Source: Octopus bimaculoides (lineage: Eukaryota). Taken from it: a stretch of DNA of 33,697 nucleotides. The stretch lies in contig NC_069001.1 in the NCBI RefSeq assembly GCF_001194135.2, forward strand, positions 24,952,536 to 24,986,232. The letters are read 5' to 3'. The notes beneath the pieces were generated by a model that was given only the letters and a program-made list of their open reading frames with translations, was not told the origin of the DNA and did not search any database. A program made the translations under genes and the position numbers. This document shows, one piece after another, positions 1-10,865 of this stretch (positions are counted from its first letter, which is position 1; every line of letters starts with the position of its first letter).

Positions 1-171
1 GAACACTCCAGTGTCTTCAAATAGTCACATCTATTTATAAAGGAAAAGTTTTCTGCAGCCGACAATTCCTGACGAATCCCTAAAGGGAATAAAAGTGCAC
101 CATAAATTACCGAAGTCATTATTACTTACTTCTTATATTAATATATGATATCGAAACCCCACTACAAACTC

Positions 172-297
172 TACACACACACACAATCACACACACACAC
201 ACACACACACAATCACACACGCACACGCACACACACATGCATACATGCATGCATGCATATATACATGCATACATACATACATACATACATACATACA
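172..297. repeat. Compound (CA)n/(CATG)/(CATA)n microsatellite
   Basis: Direct inspection. Confidence 0.95.
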
Positions 298-671
298 GCT
301 CTCCTGAAAGTCAGAGAGTAAAAAGATAATTATGGAGAACTGATATGCAACTATATGTACGAGAAGATATTCATAAAACAAAACACAAATCTGCTCGTAT
401 ATATACACATATACGAAAATACCCTATTGCTGATTCCGAAATTCCAATTTAAGAGCCTTAGATCTAGGTTAGAAACCGGTTCTTTCTCTGTTGGTATGAA
501 ATCTAGAAATAAACTGAATAATTACATACATACAGACAGAGATATGTATATATGAAGTGTCAAACAATGACTATGGCAGCTAAACTACAATTCATGTTGT
601 TTCTTATCTATATATTTCTCCCGCGTTTATAAATTTGCAAGGAGAGCAACGCTACGATTATAAATAACGTT

Positions 672-845
672 TTAAGACAGTATGGTACGCGATCTGGGGT
701 TTAATATGAGCAACAACACCTCGTTCCGTGTGCATATCACCAAGATGGTAGCAATGGGCACGAGAATGGCCGGATAAATTCGAGTAAATTTCATCAGACG
801 GGACCAGGAAATTATGCCGGTCTTATTTGGTACATTTTCATATAC
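672..845 (-). CDS. Candidate terminal exon (phase 0: VYENVPNKTGIISWSRLMKFTRIYPAILVPIATILVICTRNEVLLLILNPRSRTILS*; phase 2: YMKMYQIRPA*)
   Basis: Acceptor atttgctattag, unique GC-richer sequence, 58-codon open frame to a stop. Confidence 0.35.
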   Translation of the reverse strand, partial: VYENVPNKTGIISWSRLMKFTRIYPAILVPIATILVICTRNEVLLLILNPRSRTILS

Positions 846-1524
846 CTAATAGCAAATATTAAAACTCATTACAAAAATGGATGCATGAATATCTCCAGGT
901 ACTGGCTTGAAGTGTTACGTATTAAGTATTAACCAAACTCTGTTAAAGAGAAATATTTAGAAACACACAGACGCATATACATACATGTCTTTTACATATA
1001 CTCACTATGCGTTTGAGAAATCCTTTTTTCTACACAAATAACAACACACATACAAATACCACCAAACTCACAAATACCAACACACATGTATAAATACACA
1101 TCACGCGTGAATACACATACGTACATATATATATATATATATGCATACATACGGTTATATTGACTGATGCACATATATATGCAAGTACCTTTCTATGTGA
1201 ACACCTCATCACGTATTGTCTTCTATGTCTGTGACTTCCTCTAAGTATTTATTCCATACGATAGGATCTCGTTCGTGTTTTCTAAGACTACATCGATCAA
1301 ATTTCTCATTATGACAGACAGAAATGTTGAAATATTACTAATGTGAACATATGAATGCAGTGTTATGTTACTTCTCAAAAAAGAACGCTTAGTGTTATCT
1401 GATTAAGTGAACATAGGCAACAACAACTGCGTTTTGTCTTTATTTATTATCTATTTATTTATAGAATTACAGAAGATGTCGTAGTCTCCAAGATGATTCA
1501 ATAAAATTATCAGACAAATCTTAC

Positions 1525-1553
1525 TGGGATGCCACACTGAGAATAGAGAAGAT
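1525..1553 (-). CDS. Candidate 29-nt exon
   Basis: Acceptor ttttattttttcttcag, donor cca|gtaaga. All three frames are open within it. Confidence 0.4.
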
Positions 1554-1796
1554 CTGAAGAAAAAATAAAAGAACGGAAGAAACATAACATATCCATCATG
1601 ATTTAATTCCTTTTGAATGTATCTTTTTGCTGTTGATGTTGTTGTTTAAACACAAGTCAACATTGATTGAGATAACATGTATCAAATACATTCTAAACAT
1701 GACCATCTCTTCTATAGAGAATAATTGCATTTTTTACATGTCTTAATTCGTGTTTTTGTTCTAACCCAACAGAGTGTAATATAAGCGATATTTTAA

Positions 1797-2005
1797 GGCT
1801 GCGCGCTGGTAGAATCGGTAGCGTGCCGGGTTAAATGCTTAACGGCATTTCATGTCTTTACGTTCTGAGTTCTAAATTCTACAGGGGTCAACTTTACCTT
1901 TCATCCCTCTAAGGTCGATAAAATAATAACAGTAGAAAATTGCGGTCGATGTAATCGAATGACCCACATCCCGAAATTGCCGGCCTTGTGCCAAAATTTG
2001 AAACC
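1797..2005 (+). mobile_element. SINE family 2 (ggcggcgagctggcagaa... ...ccaaaatttgaaacc)
   Basis: Homologous to the copies at 21918-22865, with the shared gtcgact/tttcatcc/gtcgataaaat core. Confidence 0.8.
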
Positions 2006-2479
2006 AGTATCAGGGTTATATGGCTGCTATTTCTAGCAAGTGTTAAAAACAGAAAGAAGTTCCCTAATATTGTTATAATTGTTGCCACTGTTATTATTGC
2101 CGAATCTGATTGAGTGTATGGATGTTGAAAATGTTGCAGCAGTCGCCATCCAGCTTCCCTCTGAAGCATTAAGGCATATAAACCAATAGATCCCCACTGA
2201 AAGACTATAAATTCCGTTATCTGAAATGCATATCGATATGCTATTAAGGACCTCTGACAAATAGGCGAAGACCTACAATATTAATGCTCATGAAATATAT
2301 GTGTGTGTGTGCGCGTGTGTATGTGTATTAATACATATATATTGTTATATTTCGAGTTGTTTTTTTTCTTTCTATATGCTTTTGCGAAATAAACACATGC
2401 ACTATATATTCATTCTTCACTCGGTTGTTTCTGTTTTTATTTTATCTTATGTCCATTGTCCGGAAATCTTTTGTCATAC

Positions 2480-2574
2480 GTCGGTGACCTCTTCAGCGAT
2501 CCTTTCCACGTCTGGTTTTGTAGCTGCTTAATACATTCTGCCCTTCTATGATGTATTTCCTTATCTGCGCATGT
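2480..2574 (-). CDS. Candidate exon, frame ambiguous
   Basis: Acceptor gttacag (or taagcag at 2523), donor gac|gtatga. Purine-rich, exon-like composition. Confidence 0.35.
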
Positions 2575-2611
2575 CTGTAACTATGTGGGTGCGTGCATAT
2601 ATGTAAATACA

Positions 2612-2647
<36 letters not shown>

Positions 2648-3286
2648 CTTCAAAAAGAAGTAAAGCTCGTCAGTGCTCTACCAATATGTTCAGATAGGAC
2701 ATAGAGTCGCGGTGAATAATATAGAGGTTAAGGTACTATCAACACATAGATCTGACACGACATTCAGACAGATTGCAGAAGCTAAACACATGGTAATACA
2801 TATACCGATCGTGTATAGAAAACACGAATGAAACAATAACACTGCCCACCATCACACCATGCAGCACGATGACTAATGACGGAAGAATAAAACAAAAATA
2901 CAAACGGTGTAATACACACACACAAAACAAGCATGCACATATCTATGATGAAGATAAATAAGAAATAGAAATACATAGGTAAACAAAAAAAATCTATATA
3001 ACGGGCACGGTTGCAAACAAAAATAGTACGCAAGCCCTTATAGACACACATACAATAACTTCACTAAAGGCCACAACAACAGCAACAGCAATAACAACAG
3101 CAACTACCACCACGATGGCAGCTGCGTGAACGAACACACAGACGCAGAGGAATATGAGAACAATATCAAAACTAAGGTTCAAGAACAGCTCCAGCCGCTG
3201 TGGAGGGCAGAACATAGGTGAGGGGTGAGTCAGAGTACTGCATAGAACAACAACATACAGGGCACGATGTATATACACACGCACAC

Positions 3287-3340
<54 letters not shown>
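3287..3340. repeat. (ATAG)n microsatellite
   Basis: Direct inspection. Confidence 0.95.
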
Positions 3341-3342
<2 letters not shown>

Positions 3343-3439
3343 AAAGTGTAGGTGGCATACGAGTGGGTATATATTCATAAAAAAGAAGTTTGAAAACGCC
3401 ACTATATAATATGAATTTTAATTTATAATTTTCTCAGAG

Positions 3440-3489
3440 ATATTTAACATGTTTCGGTTCTTGAAAAAAACGAACCTTATCAAAAATAC
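3440..3489 (-). ncRNA. Second copy of the U3-A8 hammerhead motif (left arm of inverted repeat)
   Basis: Reverse complement reads gtatttttgataaggttcgtttttttcaagaaccgaaacatgttaaatat. It matches the + copy except for one extra T in loop II. Confidence 0.72.
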
Positions 3490-3658
3490 ATATTTAAAAA
3501 GTTCATAATTGTTTCTTACTGGTGTCAACATAGTCCACGTGGGAGCATTTTTTATATGGGTACATAATGGCTGTCTAGTGTGTTGACTTGAATCGTTGGT
3601 TGTAGTAGTAGTAAGAAACAATTATGAACTTTTCTTTTAATTACATTTTTTTAAATAT

Positions 3659-3707
3659 GTATTTTTGATAAGGTTCGTTTTTTCAAGAACCGAAACATGT
3701 TAAATAT
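3659..3707 (+). ncRNA. Type I minimal hammerhead ribozyme motif, U3-A8 core variant
   Basis: Sequence gtattt-TTGATAA-ggttc(gttttttcaa)gaacc-GAAA-c(at)g-t-T-aaatat. Stem I gtattt/aaatat (6 bp, one G-U), core UUGAUAA, stem II 5 bp closed by G-C, GAAA, palindromic stem III ACAUGU, cleavage triplet GUU (predicted cut after 3701). C3U and G8A together restore the 3-8 pair. Confidence 0.72.
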
Positions 3708-3893
3708 CTCTGAGAAAATTATAAATTAAAATTCATTTCATATAGTGGTGTTTTCAAACTTCTTATATATATATATATATATAATNNNNNNNNNNNNNNN
3801 NNNNNNNNNNNNNNNNNNNNNNNNNNNNNNNNNNNNNNNNNNNNNNNNNNNNNNNNNNNNNNNNNNNNNCAGTATATAATATATAAATACATA

Positions 3894-4184
3894 ATTTAGA
3901 GAGAAGAACCAAAGTTCATGAACTCATCCATGAAAATCCACAGTCACATATAGAAACAAATAATAAGTAAATACAAGATAAATAAGTATAATAAAATACA
4001 AAGTAAAAATCATAAAATAATAATAATAATAATAATAAAACGACTATAATATATTATTATTTTATGATTTTTACTTTGTATTTTATTATACTTCTTTTTA
4101 GTGTATTTACTTATTAATTCTTTCTATATGTGGCTGTCGATTTTCATGGATGAGTTCATGAACTTTGGTTCTTTTCTCTAAATT
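3894..4184. repeat. Long inverted repeat, about 130-bp arms (3894-4025 / 4052-4184)
   Basis: atttagagagaagaaccaaagttcatgaactcatccatgaaaatc... is mirrored by ...gattttcatggatgagttcatgaactttggttcttttctctaaat. Arms are diverged and meet across an (AAT)n-rich spacer. Confidence 0.85.
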
Positions 4185-5130
4185 TTTAATATATATATAC
4201 ATATGCTTGTATCATTGATTTCTTTAGATGTTTAGATTTTTTGATTTTTTTGTTAAAGTGGGGAGGATTATGGCTTGGTATGTACGAGGATGAATAGTTA
4301 CTTCGGCTTGCATATCAATTGGAAGGTAGAACACAATTAGAGGAAGTGATAGAGATATCGGGAGGTCAGGAGTTTATATGATATACATCTATATATAAGT
4401 CTTTGTATGTATGTATGTATATATGTACATTATATATGTCATGTCCATCCACCAGTTGTAGAGAGGTTATGTGCATACAGCTATTTGAGTTTGACGAGTT
4501 ACCTATATGACTATGGGCTTTATAGGTGCGAAACCAATGATCACTCTCTCGCCGGCTATAACAATGAACTTCGCGTGTGTATATACCCGTGTATGTACTT
4601 GATGAGATATACAGTTTCGTATCTTAGTAAACTTCAGTAGCTAGACAAGTAGGCGTACATCCAAATAGGTAGATTAATAGTTGAGTAAATATTTTGATAG
4701 AGACTTTAGGTAGATAGAAATTTGGTTCGCTAGATCATGAATAGGTAGATGGATAGAAAAATTGTTGGATAAAATGATGCGTAAAACGGTATGTAGGTGA
4801 ATATTGAAATACATGCATCCATCGGTAGACAGGTATATAGACATGTATACAGATGTGTAGGCAAATAAAATTCGGAGAGACAACTAAGTATTTTGATATG
4901 TGAGTATCTATATAGGTAGCTGGGTAGAGAAAATTACACGGGTACAGTAACTTTTTCTACAACTACGGTTAACCTTCTTCTTCTTCTCCTCCTCCTACTT
5001 CACCACCTGATTCTCATTTTTCCTCTCTTCCTTCTCTTCCTCCTTATTCTACACCAAGAGTGACTACCAGTATTTCTAATATTCTAAGAAAAATAACATT
5101 ATGAACGTCATAATCAAGAATCATTTCTAC

Positions 5131-5131
<1 letters not shown>

Positions 5132-5164
<33 letters not shown>
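5132..5164. repeat. (AGT)n microsatellite
   Basis: Direct inspection. Confidence 0.95.
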
Positions 5165-5165
<1 letters not shown>

Positions 5166-5222
5166 CTTAGTGTTGCTGCCCCTTTCTCTTGCAATGAGAT
5201 TAAATGTGTTTATTTAGATTAC

Positions 5223-5366
5223 ATCATCTGCTGTTTGGTACACAGTATAATTAATCTTGATTGTTTTTGGCAAAGTACCGCTACTACATTCAGTAACTGC
5301 AACATATCTTTACTCATATCAGAGAACGTGTGGTTCCACTGCGATTCAATGCACGATAATCTATAT
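5223..5366 (-). CDS. Candidate exon (YRLSCIESQWNHTFSDMSKDMLQLLNVVAVLCQKQSRLIILCTKQQM), phase 2 to 2
   Basis: 144 nt open, modest splice sites. Direct joining to the 8468 donor would create TGA, so the link is unresolved. Confidence 0.3.
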
Positions 5367-6164
5367 CTAAGTCATATGTTCTCATTAACTTTGATTTACA
5401 TCGCAATAACTTTCCAACAACATTAAATGTTATTACATACATATAACAGTTAAGTGGCAGCTAACATACTTTATGCAGTGAGACATCAAAAAAATAAACC
5501 AGAGAAACTAAAAAAAAAACGACAGTAAATAAAGAAAATTAGTCACCCTTCGTCTACAACCATAAATGAAAAGAAAAATTACTAGCGTTACTAATAATTC
5601 TTGTGGAGAAGGTTACGAGATACATCACCGTAGTACAAATTAATCACAAACCGATTTAGAAAACGCAGCGGGGAGAGAGTTTGCTCTTTGTAGCAGTTCC
5701 TTTGTAGTATATTGGATGAATAAGCTCTTTGATGTTTTGTATATAAAACACCGTCTTTCGTCTTTTTATTTATTTATTTATTTATTATTATTTTTTATTT
5801 TTTATTTTTTGCATTTTTTATTCAATGTCTTAGCTCCGAAAAAGCAGTCAACGTTGTTTGATATAATATTGCCTAAACTCGTTGTTCTGTAATGGTAGTG
5901 TTTTCTAACCTCATTGTTTTAATTGCTCAATCTCAGTGGCAAACATATTCAACCCTCTATCAGTGCATCTAACGATAGAAGGAGCATTGTGAAATGGACG
6001 ATTGTTTTAATGGCACGATGTAGTACATTCAACGTACACTATGTTTTTTTGCCTATCAAAAACACCATCGATTGAGCAAAACTCTGATCAAGGAACACAC
6101 AAACACACGTACACACACGCACGCACGCAAACACACACACACGCGCGCGCGCGCGCGCGCATCC

Positions 6165-6549
6165 CTTGTTGGCACTCCGTCGCTTACGACGTCGAGGGTT
6201 CCAGTTGATCCGATCAATGGAACAGCCTGCTCGTGAAATTAACGTGCAAGCGGCTGAGCACTCCACAGACACGTATACCCTTAATGTAGTTCTTGGGGGA
6301 GATTCAGCGTGACACAGTGTGACAAGGCTGACCTTATGAATTACAGGCACGACAGAAACAGGAAGAAAGAGTGAGAGAAGGTTGTGGTGAAACAGTACAG
6401 CAGGGTTCGCCACCATCCCCTGCCGGAGCCTCGTGCAGCTTTAGGTGTTTTCGCTCAATAAACACTCATAACGCCCGGTCTGGGAATCGAAACCGCGGTC
6501 CTATGACCGCGAGTTCTCTGCCCTAACCACTGGGTCATTGCACCTCCAC
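6165..6549 (-). mobile_element. tRNA-derived SINE, family 1, full length
   Basis: Minus-strand head gtggaggtgcaatgacccagtggttagg (A box) ... ggtttcgattccc (B box). A homologous copy lies at 16685-16966. Confidence 0.85.
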
Positions 6550-8467
6550 TACACCCATCCTTACACATACAAATATATCATTAACCGCGTTGTTCGTCGA
6601 ATTATTCCTCTAACAAAGACAGAGAGAGATTTAGGTTGATGTCGATTCTATTCTTAGCACATCAACTGAACATATACAGAATCCTTTTCTTATTTAGGAC
6701 TTTGCCAGGGCCATTCTTATAAAAAACATTGCATGTATGCTACATGAAAACAAGTACTTCAACATTATGTTGTATCGTTCAATAGTAAATATTTCACTGA
6801 ATATAGTCTGGATTACACTGCACTAATAATTTTCCTTCATCTCACTGCGATGACATAAAAGTGTTTCATTTTGACATTTGGAATTTTATCAGTATATTTT
6901 CATTAAAACACGTTACATAATTTGGCCTATCATTCATTTAACGAACGGTAATGCAAATAACAACAACAACAACAACAGCAACATCAATGATAATAATAAC
7001 AAGAATAGTAATAATAACAAACTAAAAAACAACAGCAACTATGATGATGATGATGATGATGATATTAATAAGGAAGATAACGATAAATTAAAATACTAAT
7101 TTTTACTTTTATTTTCCTTGAAATTAGATAATTTATCATTTTTCCCCTGTTGAAAGTAATAAAATGTAACATTTAATATTTTTAATATTTTCAATAAGAA
7201 CTGTAGTTTTAATACAAGACATTTTACTACTTTCTCTATCTTCCCCTTTTCCTTCTTTCTTTCTTTCCCCTGTCGTTTCTTCCTCTGGTATGATTTTTAT
7301 TTTCTTCGTGTTGTAAATTAAATAAAGAAATTTTTACTTTGATGAAAGAAAGATATATTAGGAACATATTCATAATTGTGCTACTAAGTTATCTCCCCTG
7401 CAGTAATTTTTAGCTCATAAATAATGCGATAGTGTCAGCCGGGCTTTGTCGACAGACATCTCATCCGATTAGGAGACTCTTCCATACATGCTAGTTGAAT
7501 TTAGTATTACTGTCATATACGTAATTAGTAACCACACTGTAGCACATATTTGTGACGTTGGTATTACTATGGTTTCTGTTCATATTATTGATGACAATGA
7601 TGGAGGTGTTGATAATAATGAAAATGCTGATGGCGATGATTACGGTGGTGATGATGAATGGGTATGATGACGACGACGATGTAGATGAGTCATAATAACG
7701 ATGAAGAAGAAGAAGATGATGATGATGATGATGATTGTAGTGTTGAGGGTGGTTGTGGTGTTGGTTATGATGACGATCATACTGATGCTAGTGATGGCGA
7801 TGGTGTGATTCTAGTCAACCCTGGTCTTACAAACCTAAAATCAAAGTCATTTAAATCTTTGTTATACAAGGTTTCATGTTTAACAGATTTCTAGAAATTG
7901 CATTAGTCAATGTGACCGAACATAAATAACAGACACATCTGTAATGACCGGAATGGGGTCCCTCCCTAGCACCTCTTCGACAGAGTGTGTAGCTCGGAGA
8001 TCAGAGAGTCTACCCAAATCGAGACACTATTTCTCCACGTTGAGGGTAAGTAATTCCGGTACTAGAGTCACGTGATTAGAATACCGCTGGAAGGAATCGG
8101 TAGGTGGATCCTTTCAACTGGACCACTTGGTAGATGGCGTCGGTGAAGACCAAGAATGGGAAGGTTAGATAATATTCCAGAGTCTCAGTTGGTCACGCTT
8201 GGGAATCCAGCCGGAAAGTGCAATCACTGTTCTGACTGAAACCGGTGGAGGAGGTGCCTGGGAACTCTCTCACCACGACACTGTCAGGGAGAGTCGGCAG
8301 AGATGATTCCTGGCAGGTATGCAGTCTGGCTGGTAGGCTAGCTTGTTGAAAAGCTGGCTGGTAGGCTAGCATGCTGGCTAGCTGGATGAATGGATGCATG
8401 GATGGATGGATGGATAGATGGATGGATGATTCACTGCCTGTTTATGACCCGGAATGTATTTCCTCAC

Positions 8468-8619
8468 CATATTGGGTTCCCAATATATTTTGCAGCTAGG
8501 GAATAAGACGGCAATATTATCTCATCTGAATTCATTATATTGATGCCATTATGGATCATAGAAACACTAGTGAACTCATACGACCTGGCAGTGAGTTGTT
8601 CAACTGCAATACAATGGTA
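8468..8619 (-). CDS. Candidate exon (YHCIAVEQLTARSYEFTSVSMIHNGINIMNSDEIILPSYSLAAKYIGNPI), phase 0 to 2
   Basis: Acceptor tttatctctgaag, donor atg|gtgagg, 152 nt open. Confidence 0.4.
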
Positions 8620-9351
8620 CTTCAGAGATAAAATATTTCAGATATTACTTAACGTTGAGAATATGCTGGGTGAAACTAGTGAAGGACTACAGTTGGATTA
8701 ATCCGTAATGGTCAAACGCAAAATTCATCAAGCTTGTATTGTTGCGGTAGTATTTGTGTTTGGAATGTGTTATATAAATAGAGAGAAGGATTACCTGACA
8801 GAGAGAAATTATAAAAGGACAGCGGTATTAATGCCAATTACTCAGTTATGCGTTACTTTATGAAACAAAGTGGTAATAGATGAATGGCACGCGTATAATA
8901 GATTGGTTGTGCTTAATTAACAACCTCCTTATGTTAATCATTCCTGTGCCTTTATGGACTGCATTAGAAATCCGTGTAATAACAACGTTGAGGCATTCTG
9001 GCAAAAGATTAAATATCCATTAAAAACAATCAATGTAATAAAAGTAGTTTTAATTACACAACGCCTATATTAACTTTGTTTTAAATTCTACAACAACGGC
9101 ATCACAACATTACATGATTCTAGAATGTTGCTAAGACAAATTCACAGAGCACTATCTCTTATTTGAGAGTACAGATTTAGATACGTCATTTCTTTGACGC
9201 ACATATAAATACACTTTTCTGAAGTATTAAACAACAAAAGTATCCAATAATAAAAATATTACAGAGCAAGTGATCAATAACAGAAGATTGACAAAACTAA
9301 TGTGTTCGATAACGAAAATATTTTTCAGCCGTGTCATTTGTTTATGTACAC

Positions 9352-9439
9352 CTCCATTGTGTTTGCTGTTCTTTTGGACTGCAAAGTGAATCGGTGACCT
9401 ATCTTTGATTCGTAGCCAACAATACTTTGCATTATGTTG
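9352..9439 (-). CDS. Candidate exon (NIMQSIVGYESKIGHRFTLQSKRTANTME), phase 2 to 0
   Basis: Acceptor gttttccatag, weak donor gag|gtgtac. A second frame is also open. Confidence 0.4.
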
Positions 9440-9784
9440 CTATGGAAAACATTAAAAGCATAAAGGCCGAGACATTTTGCTTATTCTGTTGTGTTCGTCT
9501 GAAATATTCAGTCGTATGAGAGACAAGTTTTGCTTAAAGAATTTTCATTTGCGATTAAGCACATTATTAGACAGAGAGAAGCGGAGAGGGAGGCCGGAGA
9601 GAGGGATATACGTATATAGGGAGATATATATATATATATATATATATGTGTGTATGCGTGTACGTGTATATATACATATGCATGTGTGTATATGTGTGAG
9701 AGTGTGTGTATGTATGTATGGATGGATGGATGGACTATCAGGTGTATTAGCAAAATTGTCCAAATTTTAGATTGAGTTCCGAAC

Positions 9785-9858
9785 CTGTGTATCTCTGGAA
9801 TGCTGAAAAATATATTAGTGGAACTATCTGTGGTTTTTTCCAATACTATTGGACTCCA
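9785..9858 (-). CDS. Candidate exon (WSPIVLEKTTDSSTNIFFSIPEIH), phase 0 to 2
   Basis: Acceptor ttttttcttcttcaaag, donor cag|gttcgg. This is the only open frame from that acceptor. Confidence 0.5.
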
Positions 9859-10011
9859 CTTTGAAGAAGAAAAAATGTTGATTACTTTTCAAGTACACCA
9901 GAATAAATGAATAAATGGCAAATCCAAGAGAAAAATCGATCAATATGGAACAAGTGTGTCAAGACATGCCAAAGTCAGGAACAGTCATAGTCGCGACAAG
10001 TGACTCAGATA

Positions 10012-10057
<46 letters not shown>

Positions 10058-10138
10058 AGAGAGAGAGGGGGGGAGATTCATATATACATACATATATATA
10101 AATAAATATATATGTGTGTGTATGTGTGTGTGTGAAGG

Positions 10139-10832
10139 NNNNNNNNNNNNNNNNNNNNNNNNNNNNNNNNNNNNNNNNNNNNNNNNNNNNNNNNNNNNNN
10201 NNNNNNNNNNNNNNNNNNNNNNNNNNNNNNNNNNNNNNNNNNNNNNNNNNNNNNNNNNNNNNNNNNNNNNNNNNNNNNNNNNNNNNNNNNNNNNNNNNNN
10301 NNNNNNNNNNNNNNNNNNNNNNNNNNNNNNNNNNNNNNNNNNNNNNNNNNNNNNNNNNNNNNNNNNNNNNNNNNNNNNNNNNNNNNNNNNNNNNNNNNNN
10401 NNNNNNNNNNNNNNNNNNNNNNNNNNNNNNNNNNNNNNNNNNNNNNNNNNNNNNNNNNNNNNNNNNNNNNNNNNNNNNNNNNNNNNNNNNNNNNNNNNNN
10501 NNNNNNNNNNNNNNNNNNNNNNNNNNNNNNNNNNNNNNNNNNNNNNNNNNNNNNNNNNNNNNNNNNNNNNNNNNNNNNNNNNNNNNNNNNNNNNNNNNNN
10601 NNNNNNNNNNNNNNNNNNNNNNNNNNNNNNNNNNNNNNNNNNNNNNNNNNNNNNNNNNNNNNNNNNNNNNNNNNNNNNNNNNNNNNNNNNNNNNNNNNNN
10701 NNNNNNNNNNNNNNNNNNNNNNNNNNNNNNNNNNNNNNNNNNNNNNNNNNNNNNNNNNNNNNNNNNNNNNNNNNNNNNNNNNNNNNNNNNNNNNNNNNNN
10801 NNNNNNNNNNNNNNNNNNNNNNNNNNNNNNNN
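10139..10832. other. Assembly gap (N run); other gaps at 3786-3869, 18829-18838, 24080-24089, 25002-25101, 27266-27275, 28516-28907, 31100-32015
   Basis: Runs of N, mostly bounded by (TA)n or (TG)n. Exons could be hidden in the larger gaps. Confidence 0.99.

Positions 10833-10865
<33 letters not shown>

Larger units (their letters stand above)
3383..3764. mobile_element. Foldback element: about 135-150 bp inverted arms (3383-3519 / 3611-3764), probably inverted Penelope-like pseudo-LTRs
   Basis: Arms align by eye with few substitutions and one indel of about 18 nt. Each arm carries a hammerhead motif. Inverted hammerhead-bearing pLTRs are typical of Penelope-like elements. Confidence 0.6.

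Noticed and set aside
187-408. Many 60-140 aa ORFs rich in YI, CV, HT, poly-N, poly-I or poly-D
   Set aside because: They are translations of microsatellites lacking stop codons, not genes.
770-800. CTGATGA on the minus strand
   Set aside because: No GAAA after a stem II and no stem I; it lies in a candidate exon.
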